Source of the DNA: Nitrospirota bacterium
Lineage (GTDB): Bacteria > Nitrospinota > Nitrospinia > Nitrospinales > VA-1
Length of the DNA stretch: 54,794 nucleotides
Direction: 5' to 3'
Assembly (NCBI GenBank): GCA_003246675.1
Contig: QJZQ01000054.1
Coordinates: 1-54,794, forward strand
The position numbers and the translations under genes are program-made. Below, piece after piece: positions 1 through 9,798 of the stretch. A model generated the notes under the pieces. It did no database searches, was not told the origin of the DNA, and was given only the letters and a program-made list of their open reading frames with translations. The first letter of the stretch is position 1. Each line of letters opens with the position of its first letter.

Positions 1-721
1 TGTGGAACCGCCTGAGAGTTTCCTTGAAGGCCTCGCCGGTGATGCGCTGGGCCTCGTGGACGTTGGCCACATCGTAGCGGTCCAGCGGCAGGCGCAGATC
101 GAAGTGGCTCTGCATGATGTTCACCGGCGGCTCGCCGCCCCAGGCGCGGAGCCAGCGGGCAAGCCTGGCCTTGAAGACCGCGTTGTGGTCGCCGGGGATG
201 CTCACCGTGCGGCCCTTTCTCTTCCCCTCCATCCACAACGTGCCGAGCACCCTGTCCTCCCGGCGCGCCAGCCGTTCGTGCAGCACCTTCTTGAATTCGG
301 CGATGTCGCGGATATCGCGGATGCCAGTGACGCGCACCGCCTCCTTCACGCTCGCATCGTCGCCCACGCCCAAGTGCACGCCGTTCCAGAACTCGTGGTG
401 CGGGTCCTTGCGGTCGATGAACAGGATTTCGTCCGACTCCCTGGAACCGGGGTCGAGCAGGAGGACGACCCGGGGCTGGTTGACCCCGGTCAGGTGCATG
501 AGGGCGGGCTCCTGATAGGTCGGGCAATGAGCATAGGCCCAGACCGTCTCACCGCCCGGCCCGTAGGGCACGCCGGTGATGGCCATGAGCCTGTTCTCCC
601 GCTGCATCAGTTTTTCACGCCGCGCGCGGTAACGCCTGCGGGCGAATTTACCCGCGCCGCCGTCCCTGAAAATTCCCGAATAGACTTTCTTTTGGCTTTT
701 CATCATCAAATCCAGCGTCAT
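1..721 (-). CDS. Xaa-Pro aminopeptidase / M24B-family peptidase, N-terminal part only (the gene continues past the left window edge)
   Basis: Not in the ORF track because it has no stop inside the window. My reverse-complement translation from ATG 721..719 (alternative ATGs at 706 and 703; in-frame stop upstream at 805..803) reads MTLDLMMKSQKKVYSGIFRDGGAGKFARRRYRARREKLMQRENRLMAITGVPYGPGGETVWAYAHCPTYQEPALMHLTGVNQPRVVLLLDPGSRESDEILFIDRKDPHHEFWNGVHLGVGDD...DLRLPLDRYDVANVHEAQRITGEAFKETLRRFH and stays open to position 2. The layout matches the aminopeptidase P N-terminal domain and the start of the pita-bread fold (E. coli PepP: FQRRRQAL..FWYFTGFNEPEAVLVL..EIWFGRRLG..MRLFKSPEEIAVLRRAGEIT). Confidence 0.75.
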   Translation of the reverse strand, partial: MTLDLMMKSQKKVYSGIFRDGGAGKFARRRYRARREKLMQRENRLMAITGVPYGPGGETVWAYAHCPTYQEPALMHLTGVNQPRVVLLLDPGSRESDEILFIDRKDPHHEFWNGVHLGVGDDASVKEAVRVTGIRDIRDIAEFKKVLHERLARREDRVLGTLWMEGKRKGRTVSIPGDHNAVFKARLARWLRAWGGEPPVNIMQSHFDLRLPLDRYDVANVHEAQRITGEAFKETLRRFH

Positions 722-844
722 GGCGCCGCCGGAGCGGATAAGCGCCGGAGGGCCTGTGTTAAAATACGGTCGATGCCTCCCGCGACGGTGCGCGGCTTGT
801 TTTCATACGACCCGTTTCCCGACCACTTTTCAGGGCAAAGACCC

Positions 845-1511
845 ATGTGCGGACGTTACACCCTCACCCAGCCCATGAAGTCCATCGCGTCCCACTTCGG
901 CCCGCTCAAGGTGGAGGGAACGCATAGCGAACGCTACAACATCGCCCCCAGCCAGCAGGCCGCCGTCGTGGGGCTGTCGGAGGGTGAACGCTGGTTGAAA
1001 CCCATGACCTGGGGCTTCGTCCCCCCCTGGGCGAGGGATCACCGCGGCGGCTTCATTAACGCACGCGCCGAAAACGCACGCGCCGAAACAGCCGCCGAAA
1101 AACCCAGCTTTCGCGACGCGTTCAGATCACGCCGCTGCCTGGTGCCCGCCGACGGTTTTCTCGAATGGGAAAAAAGCGGGCAAAAGAAAATCCCGCATTA
1201 TTTCCGCCTGCGCTCGGAGGGCCTGTTCGCCTTCGCCGGGCTCTTCGCGGAAAAGCTCGAGAACGGAAACCGGCTCCTCACCTTCACCATCCTCACCACC
1301 CGCGCCAACGCCCTGGTGGCGCCGTGGCACGACCGCATGCCCGTCATCCTCGCACCCGAGGCGTACGCGCGGTGGCTGGCCCCCGACGGACGACCTCGCT
1401 GCGTTGCTCACTCCGTTTTCGGCGCAGGCCATGGAGCAGTTCATCGTTTCCAGCGAGGTCAACTCCCCGGCCAACGACCGACCCTCGTGCCTTGCGCCCG
1501 CGCAGCCCTGA
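845..1511 (+). pseudogene. SOS-response-associated peptidase (SRAP/YedK family, abasic-site processing protein), interrupted by a frameshift near 1385-1392
   Basis: ATG 845 gives MCGRYTLTQ... with the catalytic Cys2, NIAPSQ, INARAE and PADGFLEWEK motifs. After ...PVILAPEAYARWLAPDG the conserved C-terminus (DDLAALLTPFSAQAMEQFIVSSEVNSPANDRPSCLAPAQP*) continues in the +1 frame and stops at 1509..1511. The track ORF 2..1648 instead reads an Arg/Pro/Gly-rich tail that runs into the convergent gene. 845..1511 is 667 nt, i.e. 3n+1. Confidence 0.8.
1058..1087 (+). repeat. Perfect 15-bp tandem duplication (aacgcacgcgccgaa x2) inside the SRAP gene
   Basis: Copy 1 is 1058..1072 and copy 2 is 1073..1087, identical base for base. 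It is in frame and encodes NARAE-NARAE within the conserved INARxET motif. Confidence 0.95.
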
Positions 1512-1517
1512 TCCCCC

Positions 1518-2120
1518 TTACTTCTTCACCATCCGCGCGAACCATTCCTTGCCCTGACGCTGCTGTGCCGAGTGCGGCGTCTTCTCCAGCACACCGATCT
1601 CGAAACGGCCGGAAAAGTGATCGAGGATATCCCGCCGGGAGGTGTTGAAGGGCGGCCCGCCCGCTTCGCCGGTCTCATAGAACAAGCCGACGAGCTGTCC
1701 GCCGGTCTTGAGAAGGCGGCTGGCGGTGTCCACATAAAGCGGTCGCTCATCGGGGCGTATGGCGCAGAAAAAAGTCTGTTCGAGCAGCAGGTCGTAGCGG
1801 CCGTCGTGCGAGGGATCGAGCGTGAAAAAATCCTGGTTCAACAGACAGGCCGAATGCCCCTCGGCCGCAAGCCGCTTCGACAGCCGCAGGATGGCGCCGG
1901 GAGCAAAATCCACCGCGGTCACTTCCCAGCCTTGGGCGGCGAGAAGAATCACCTCGTGGCCCTGGCCGCAACCGGGAACCACCGCCCGCCCCGGCGGCTG
2001 CGGCTGTTCGCCCGACCAGCGCACAAACGGCGGTGCGGGCTCGCCGAGGTCCCACCTCAGGTCGTCCTCTTCATAATGCTTCTGCCAGTCGTCCCTGGAG
2101 TATCCCGTGTTTTCAGTCAT
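1518..2120 (-). CDS. SAM-dependent methyltransferase, thiopurine S-methyltransferase (TPMT)-like
   Basis: 200-aa ORF. It has a W..HY..DDLRWDLGEP N-terminus, a VVPGCGQGHEV SAM-binding glycine motif and the EQTFFCAI motif typical of TPMT/halide methyltransferases. The start overlaps the stop of the upstream gene by 4 nt. Confidence 0.8.
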   Translation of the reverse strand: MTENTGYSRDDWQKHYEEDDLRWDLGEPAPPFVRWSGEQPQPPGRAVVPGCGQGHEVILLAAQGWEVTAVDFAPGAILRLSKRLAAEGHSACLLNQDFFTLDPSHDGRYDLLLEQTFFCAIRPDERPLYVDTASRLLKTGGQLVGLFYETGEAGGPPFNTSRRDILDHFSGRFEIGVLEKTPHSAQQRQGKEWFARMVKK

Positions 2121-2917
2121 TCCTTTTTCTTACTGGAAGCGCAGCGAAATCCGCCGTTGATGTAGCGGGTTTTCGGATCATGATGTTCCCGGTAGCTGTG
2201 GCGCAGCAGTTCGGGGCTGTGGCCCCAGCCGCCGCCGCGGGCCACCCGGTGCTCGCCGCGCTCCGGGCCGCGCGGGTTTTCGCCGGGAGAAGACGCATAG
2301 TAATGCTCATCGTACCAGTCGGCCACCCATTCCCAGACGTTGCCCGCCATGTCGTACAGACCGAAGGCGTTGGGCTTGCGCGTGCCCACGGGCCGGGGCC
2401 GCTGACCCGCATTATTGCCAAACCAGGCAAACGCCTCGGCATGCTCCCCGCCCCAGGAATACAGGCCCTCCTGGCCGCCGCGCGCGGCGCGTTCCCATTC
2501 CGCCTCGGTGGGCAGCCGAAGCCCCACCCGCTTGCAGTAGGCCGCCGCCTGAACATGCGTGACCCGCTCCACCGGGCAGAGCGGGCAGTCCTTGAAGTAG
2601 CTCGGGTTCTCCCCCATCCATTTTTCATACTGCAACTGGGTGACTTCGTATTTGCCGATCGAGTACCCCGCAAGGCTCACCCGGTGGACTGGCTGTTCCT
2701 CACCGGTTCCGGCGTCGAAGCCCATCTGGAAAACCCCCGGGGGAATGAACACCAGCTCCGAGAGGCGCTCAAGCTCCATCTCTTCTTTTTCCAGCTTTTC
2801 CCGCATCTGCTCCAGCACGTCTTTCACGCCGGATGCCGTCGGCTCTTCGGCCCCGCCAACGGCTGCGGCCAGCAGGAACACCAGGCCGAGAACCCGTCCG
2901 ATCCATTTTGCAGGCAT
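2117..2917 (-). CDS. Secreted FGE-sulfatase (SUMF1/EgtB/PvdO) domain protein
   Basis: 266 aa. Signal-peptide-like N-terminus (WIGRVLGLVFLLAAAVGGAEE), a short charged coiled segment, then VSLAGYSIGKYEVTQLQY, LPTEAEWERAARGG, YDMAGNVWEWVADWY, RVARGGGW and GFRCA motifs. Confidence 0.8.
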   Translation of the reverse strand: MPAKWIGRVLGLVFLLAAAVGGAEEPTASGVKDVLEQMREKLEKEEMELERLSELVFIPPGVFQMGFDAGTGEEQPVHRVSLAGYSIGKYEVTQLQYEKWMGENPSYFKDCPLCPVERVTHVQAAAYCKRVGLRLPTEAEWERAARGGQEGLYSWGGEHAEAFAWFGNNAGQRPRPVGTRKPNAFGLYDMAGNVWEWVADWYDEHYYASSPGENPRGPERGEHRVARGGGWGHSPELLRHSYREHHDPKTRYINGGFRCASSKKKE

Positions 2918-2930
2918 GCCATCCTCCCGT

Positions 2931-3878
2931 TTATGCCTCGACTTCCCCTTGGAAAAATTCGATCAAATGCGAAATCGCCGAGCGGCCCATCGCCTCCACC
3001 GCTTCCCGCGTGTTGCCGCCGATGTGCGGCGTTCCCATCAGGTTGGGCAGGGCGAGGAGCTCCGCATCGGTTGGCGGCTCCTGGCCGAACACATCGAGGG
3101 CGGCCCCGGCGATGCTTCCCCCCTTGAGCGCGGCCTTGAGCGCGGCCTCGTCCACCACCGGCCCGCGGCTGGTATTGATGAGATAGGCCGTCGGCTTCAT
3201 GCGCTCAAAGACCGCCGCGTCGATGAACCCGAGGGTGAGCGGCGTCTGCGGCACGTGCAGTGTGATCACATCCGCCCGCTCTATAAGAGCCTCGAACGAA
3301 ACCGTCTCGGCGCCGTACTCGCGGGCCAGCTCGCTCTTGTCGACGATGTCGTTGATCAGCACCCTGTTGCCGAAGGGCGCAAGCAGGCGCAGCACCTCGG
3401 ACCCCACGTGGCCGCAGCCGACGATGCCGAGGGTCTGGCCGCTGAGTTCGCGGCCGCCGTCCTTCCGCCACAGGCCCTGCCTGAGCGCGTGGCCTCCGCT
3501 GAATACATTATGACAAAGGCCGAGCATGAAGCACAACGTCAGTTCCGCCACCGACAAGCGGTTGACCCCCGGCGTCCAGCCCAGGGCCACTCCCCGGCGG
3601 CGCAGGGCGTCCTGGTCCACGTTGTCGAGACCCACTCCGTATTTAGCGATGATTTTAAGACGCGGCAAGGCCGTGAGCACGGCTTCGTTGATAGGGTCGC
3701 GTCCCACCAGGGCGGCATCGGCCCCTTGCAGAAATTCGATGAGTTCAGGCTCCGCCATATAGCCGCCGCTGGCATTGAAGCGGGCCGTGGGAAACGCCCG
3801 TGTAACCTCACGGCAAAGAACAGCCGACTTACAGAACGCCGGCGGCGTGACGGCCACGACGGGCCCCGCGGGGGACAT
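2931..3878 (-). CDS. D-isomer-specific 2-hydroxyacid dehydrogenase (phosphoglycerate dehydrogenase-like)
   Basis: 315 aa. Rossmann motif GIVGCGHVGSEV, then LINTSRGPVVDEAAL and the catalytic-region motif TPHIGG. Confidence 0.8.
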   Translation of the reverse strand: MSPAGPVVAVTPPAFCKSAVLCREVTRAFPTARFNASGGYMAEPELIEFLQGADAALVGRDPINEAVLTALPRLKIIAKYGVGLDNVDQDALRRRGVALGWTPGVNRLSVAELTLCFMLGLCHNVFSGGHALRQGLWRKDGGRELSGQTLGIVGCGHVGSEVLRLLAPFGNRVLINDIVDKSELAREYGAETVSFEALIERADVITLHVPQTPLTLGFIDAAVFERMKPTAYLINTSRGPVVDEAALKAALKGGSIAGAALDVFGQEPPTDAELLALPNLMGTPHIGGNTREAVEAMGRSAISHLIEFFQGEVEA

Positions 3879-3884
3879 GCCGCC

Positions 3885-5075
3885 TCACCCGAAAATTTCG
3901 TGCACGATGGACGCCCCGGCCAGGTACGTCCCGATCATGGAGCCGAAGCTCGACAGGGTGAAGGCCATGAGCACCCGGAGCACGCCGTTTTTCCACCACA
4001 TCCTCATGCTGCCGATGTCCTCGCGCAGGGTTTCGAAATCGTGCACGCGGGGCTTGCGCAGGTAAGACTCCACCAGCCCCACCACCATGCCCGCGCCGAT
4101 GGTGGGGTTGAGCGAGGTGATCGGCGCCGCGAAAAACGCCGTCACCACCGACAGGGGGTGCGCCAGCGCCAGCGCCGCGCCGATGGCGCTCAACCCGCCG
4201 TTGATCACCACCCACAGGACCACCAGCTTGGTGCCCAGTTCCGGGGAGCGCATGAAGCCCACCGCGAACAGGCTGAGCACCACCACGCAGATGGTCCAGC
4301 CCACATAATACCCGGTGCGGCTTGGCGGAGGTTTTTCTTCCAGAGTTTGGATGCGCTCGGGCGTGGGAGGCGCGTCGAACGCCGGCAGCATGCCGACGAG
4401 GTGCCCGGCGCCGACCAGGGCGAGGATGTTTTTGGGCCCGCCGGGCGTTTTTCCGAGTTCGACGAGTTTTCCCGTCATGTATTCATCCCGCTCGTCGATG
4501 AGCACTTCCTTGAACTGCGGCAGGCTCTCGCCGAACTCTTCCACCACCGAGTGCAGGAGGTCCCCCCGTTTAAGATCTTCGATCTGCTGCTCGCTGACCT
4601 CCTCGCCGACGAAAATGCCCGCCACCAGCCCGGAGAAAATCTTCAGCTTCTGCCAGAAGGACACGCGGGTGATCACCCGGTGCAGGGTGGTGCTGATATC
4701 GCGGTCGATGACCTTGAGCTCCAGGCCGTGCTCCTCCGCAAGTTCCACGGCGCGGATCATCTCCTGCCCCGCCTGCACGCCGATCTTCTCCGCCAGGCGC
4801 TTCTGGTAGGCCGACAGGGCGAGGTTGATGAGCAGAAGCGTCGCCTTCTTCTGGCGAAAAACCTGGTAAATATCCAGGCTCTTCCACCACGACTTGTTCA
4901 CCAGGTTTTCCAGGCGCGGCGGGCACAGTTCGACGGCGACACAGTCGTAATTGCCGTTCAGAATCCTGTCTTCCACCAGTTCAACGCTCTGCCGCGAGAC
5001 ATGCGCGGTGCCGATCAGGGTGATGGTCGCATCCTCCACCTTCACGGTCTTTATCACATCATCCTGATTATCCAC
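3885..5075 (-). CDS. TraB/GumN-family protein with a C-terminal membrane domain
   Basis: 396 aa, GTG start. ITLIGTAHVSRQSVELV N-terminal motif, ALVGAGHLVGM, and several hydrophobic helices at the C-terminus. Confidence 0.7.
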   Translation of the reverse strand: MDNQDDVIKTVKVEDATITLIGTAHVSRQSVELVEDRILNGNYDCVAVELCPPRLENLVNKSWWKSLDIYQVFRQKKATLLLINLALSAYQKRLAEKIGVQAGQEMIRAVELAEEHGLELKVIDRDISTTLHRVITRVSFWQKLKIFSGLVAGIFVGEEVSEQQIEDLKRGDLLHSVVEEFGESLPQFKEVLIDERDEYMTGKLVELGKTPGGPKNILALVGAGHLVGMLPAFDAPPTPERIQTLEEKPPPSRTGYYVGWTICVVVLSLFAVGFMRSPELGTKLVVLWVVINGGLSAIGAALALAHPLSVVTAFFAAPITSLNPTIGAGMVVGLVESYLRKPRVHDFETLREDIGSMRMWWKNGVLRVLMAFTLSSFGSMIGTYLAGASIVHEIFG

Positions 5076-5217
5076 GTTGATCCTGGGAGAAAAGTTTTAG
5101 GCTTTGCTTTAACGGCGCACCGGCCCCACCCCCCGGGCCCAGGAACCGCGCGGCGCAGGGGCGAGGAGATCAAAAGCGCCGGGCGTCGATTGAGGGTCCG
5201 GACTCAAGCCTATTAAT

Positions 5218-5246
5218 TTAACACAAAAATTGTGTTATTTTAAAAT
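5218..5246 (+). promoter_or_regulatory. Putative sigma70-type promoter for uvrB (-35 TTAACA, 17-nt spacer, -10 TAAAAT)
   Basis: ttaaca at 5218..5223 and taaaat at 5241..5246, about 90 nt upstream of the uvrB ATG, in the only AT-rich patch of the 5076..5337 intergenic region. Confidence 0.4.
5219..5237. promoter_or_regulatory. Perfect 8-3-8 palindrome TAACACAA-AAA-TTGTGTTA (candidate repressor operator)
   Basis: All 8 arm positions pair (5219-5237 through 5226-5230). It sits within the -35/-10 spacer of the predicted uvrB promoter. Confidence 0.5.
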
Positions 5247-5337
5247 CAATCACCCCCGGCCCGCCCGCCACGGAAAACCCGGCGGCGACCGGCCGCGAAC
5301 CCTTTAGAGTACAGGGCGAACCCGCCCGCCGACCTTC

Positions 5338-7317
<1,980 letters not shown>

Positions 7318-7328
7318 GGCTTCCCCGC

Positions 7329-9278
7329 TCAATCCGCCTCGTCACTCACGCCTCCCGCCTCCCGCGTGCCTTTGACCGGCTGGGCGTTTGCCGGCGGGGC
7401 GTTAGCGGAAGCAGGACCGCCCGCGCGGACGGTGAGTTCCTTGACAGGATAATAGGTGAAGTACGCCTCCATCAGTTTCTTCGCCAGCGGCGCGGCCGCC
7501 GAACCGCCGTGACCGCCATGCTCGACAAGCACGGCCACCGCGACCTCGGGCTTCTCATAGGGCGCGAAGGCGACGAACCAGGCGTGGTCGCGGAACTGGT
7601 AGGGAATTTCCTCATCGTCTTCGGTGTCTTCGGTCACACGCAGGTGCACCACCTGCGCCGTCCCCGTTTTCCCTGAAACCACGATATTGTCCATGCGCGC
7701 CACACGCCCTGTCCCACGGTCTTCATTCACCACCCCGCGCAGGGCGTCGCGGATGAGCTCCATATTTTCCGGCCGCGCATTGACCCGCCCCACGATTTCG
7801 GGATCGAATATTTCCCTCACCCGCCCGCTGGCCTCTTCGATCCGCTTGACCAGGTGCGGTTTGAGAAGAATGCCGCCGTTAGCCACGGTGGCGGTCATGA
7901 GGGCCTGCTGAAGGGGCGTCACCAGGTTGAAGCCCTGGCCGATGGACGCGGAGATGGTCTCCCCCGCCAGCCAGGCTTCATTTTTCTTTTTTTTCTTCCA
8001 CTGCTGAGTGGGAATGAGGCCCGGCTTCTCGCCCGACAAGCCGAGGCCTGTGGGCCGCCCAAGGCCCAGCTTGTTCGCGTATTGCGCCAGCGTGTCGATG
8101 CCGAGCTGGTGGCCGATGGTATAGAAAAACACATCGCACGACTGCACCAGCGCATCGTGCAGGTTGACCGACCCATGCCCGGCGCGTTTCCAGCACCGAT
8201 AGGTGCCCCGCCCCAGGCGATAATGCCCCGGGCAATACACCTCGGTTTCGGGAGTGATGATGCCTTCCTCCAGCCCGGCCAGGGCGGTCACGATCTTGAA
8301 GGTGGAACCCGGTGGATACTGGCCGCTGATAAACCGGTTCTGCAGCGGGTGCCTTTTGTCCTGAATGAGGGCCTTCCAGTCCTCCTGCGAAATGCCCGTG
8401 GCGAAGAGGTTGCCGTCGAAGGAGGGCTTGCTGGCCACGGCGAGGATCTCACCGGTCTGCACTTTCATCAGCACCGCCGAACCGCTGACCGGCTTCTCCG
8501 GCGTCCCCGTCATCATGGTTTCCAGGGTCTTCTGGATGCGTGCATCGAGTGTCAGCACGAGGTTGTCGCCGCTCAAAGGGTCGCGCTTTCTCAGCACCCG
8601 GAGTTCCCTCCCCGACACATCCACCTCCACCTCCTTGTGCCCCTTTTCGCCGCGCAGGACGGGCTCGTAAATACTCTCCAGGCCTTCCTTGCCGGTGAGG
8701 TCGCCTTGCTGATAGGCACCGCTTTCCATTTGATCGAGCTGGCTGCGATTGATCTCGCCGACGTAGCCCATGACATGCGCGGCCATTTCCCGGTAAACAT
8801 AATTGCGGGTCGGCTCCACCATGATCCCCACGCCGGGCAGACGCATCTTGTTTTCCTCGACAAAGGCGACCTGCTCGCGCGGAATGTCGGCCCGAATGAG
8901 CACCGCCTTGAAGGCCCGCGCTTCCTTCATCGCCTGGCGTACCCGGTCCTCATCGAAATCCACCTTGCTTTTCAGGAGGGCAAACGTCGCCGCCAGGTCG
9001 TTCGCATCCTCTGGAGTGATGTACAGGTTAAAGGAGGGGCGGATGCCGACCAGCGTTTCACCGTTCCGGTCCTTGATCGTGCCCCGGAACGCGGGGAGAG
9101 ACTTCAAGCGCACGCGGTTATTCTCGGACAGCTCGATAAAGTACCCGCCCTTTAAAATCTGCAGGTACCACACCCGCGTCAAGAGACACAAGAAACAGAA
9201 CACCACCAGAATGAGATAAAACTTTATTTTCTTGCGGATCTCGTCGGCGCTTTCCGAGCCGTAGCGAAAGTAACTCAT
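7329..9278 (-). CDS. mrdA: Penicillin-binding protein 2 (elongasome transpeptidase)
   Basis: TM anchor, PBP dimerisation domain, and transpeptidase motifs STFK, SCD (SxD variant of SxN) and KTGTA. I place the start at ATG 9278 (MSYFRYGS...), which forms an ATGA overlap with the mreD stop, rather than at the track start 9320. Confidence 0.9.
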   Translation of the reverse strand: MSYFRYGSESADEIRKKIKFYLILVVFCFLCLLTRVWYLQILKGGYFIELSENNRVRLKSLPAFRGTIKDRNGETLVGIRPSFNLYITPEDANDLAATFALLKSKVDFDEDRVRQAMKEARAFKAVLIRADIPREQVAFVEENKMRLPGVGIMVEPTRNYVYREMAAHVMGYVGEINRSQLDQMESGAYQQGDLTGKEGLESIYEPVLRGEKGHKEVEVDVSGRELRVLRKRDPLSGDNLVLTLDARIQKTLETMMTGTPEKPVSGSAVLMKVQTGEILAVASKPSFDGNLFATGISQEDWKALIQDKRHPLQNRFISGQYPPGSTFKIVTALAGLEEGIITPETEVYCPGHYRLGRGTYRCWKRAGHGSVNLHDALVQSCDVFFYTIGHQLGIDTLAQYANKLGLGRPTGLGLSGEKPGLIPTQQWKKKKKNEAWLAGETISASIGQGFNLVTPLQQALMTATVANGGILLKPHLVKRIEEASGRVREIFDPEIVGRVNARPENMELIRDALRGVVNEDRGTGRVARMDNIVVSGKTGTAQVVHLRVTEDTEDDEEIPYQFRDHAWFVAFAPYEKPEVAVAVLVEHGGHGGSAAAPLAKKLMEAYFTYYPVKELTVRAGGPASANAPPANAQPVKGTREAGGVSDEAD

Positions 9279-9790
9279 GAGGGTCGCAGGTAAAGGTTGG
9301 GCAGCCGGGCCACAACCCATTTTTTCAGGGCGTCCAGCATAAAAAAGAGGAAGGGACCCACGCAGGCATTATACAGGCCATAAGCGAAGATGGAGGAGAA
9401 CATCCACCCGCCCGAAACATCGCCTTTAAACAGCGTCACCAGAACCAGGTAATAAATCAGGCCGTCAAATAGCGACGCCGTAAAAACGAAAAAACCGGTG
9501 GGTAGAATCCCCTCCACCAGAATCTTGTCCTTCAGCGTGGAGAAGAACAGCGCCACCAGGCTTTTTGACAGGGTGTTCACGCCGAGGAGGCCGCCGGACA
9601 GACAGTCCTGAATCAGCCCGACGGCGGCGCCCATACCCACGCCGTGGTTGCCGCGAAAATGGAAGCCGCAGTAAACGACGAGGATCAACGCCAGGTCGGG
9701 CCGCACCCCGGCGATAGACAGCGCCTCCAACCAGGTGGTCTGGACGGAGAATAACAACAGGAGCAGCAGAAAATGGATCAGAAAAAACAT
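9275..9790 (-). CDS. mreD: Rod shape-determining protein MreD
   Basis: 171-aa polytopic membrane protein directly downstream of mreC and upstream of mrdA. Confidence 0.85.
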   Translation of the reverse strand: MFFLIHFLLLLLLFSVQTTWLEALSIAGVRPDLALILVVYCGFHFRGNHGVGMGAAVGLIQDCLSGGLLGVNTLSKSLVALFFSTLKDKILVEGILPTGFFVFTASLFDGLIYYLVLVTLFKGDVSGGWMFSSIFAYGLYNACVGPFLFFMLDALKKWVVARLPNLYLRPS

Positions 9791-9798
9791 GGCTCGGC

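Noticed and set aside
755-771. Half-site ctgtgttaaaat upstream of the SRAP gene, resembling the right arm of the uvrB palindrome plus its -10
   Set aside because: No matching left arm (taacacaa) is present at the correct spacing. A single 7-8-nt match is not significant on its own.
2-1648. 548-aa track ORF on the plus strand
   Set aside because: It is a chimera. Residues 1-~235 are the antisense reading of a minus-strand M24 peptidase gene, the middle is intergenic, and only 845 onward is a real gene (SRAP). The last ~85 residues are an out-of-frame tail that overlaps the convergent methyltransferase gene.
2640-5216. 858-aa plus-strand ORF spanning four minus-strand genes
   Set aside because: It lies antisense to the FGE-like, dehydrogenase and TraB genes. 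It is extremely rich in R/G/A/H/P with no recognisable motifs. This is the typical stop-poor antisense frame of GC-rich DNA.
9279-9320. N-terminal extensions offered by the track for mrdA (to 9320), nuoE (to 49229), glmS (to 17441), thiDN (to 15428), dxs (to 27707), mtaB (from 19751), comF (to 31176) and the lipoprotein (from 37650)
   Set aside because: The extensions overlap upstream genes or add non-conserved Arg/Pro/Gly-rich residues. The internal ATGs reproduce canonical N-termini (for example MCGI for GlmS, MNRFLD for Dxs) and give classic ATGA/TGATG coupling overlaps.
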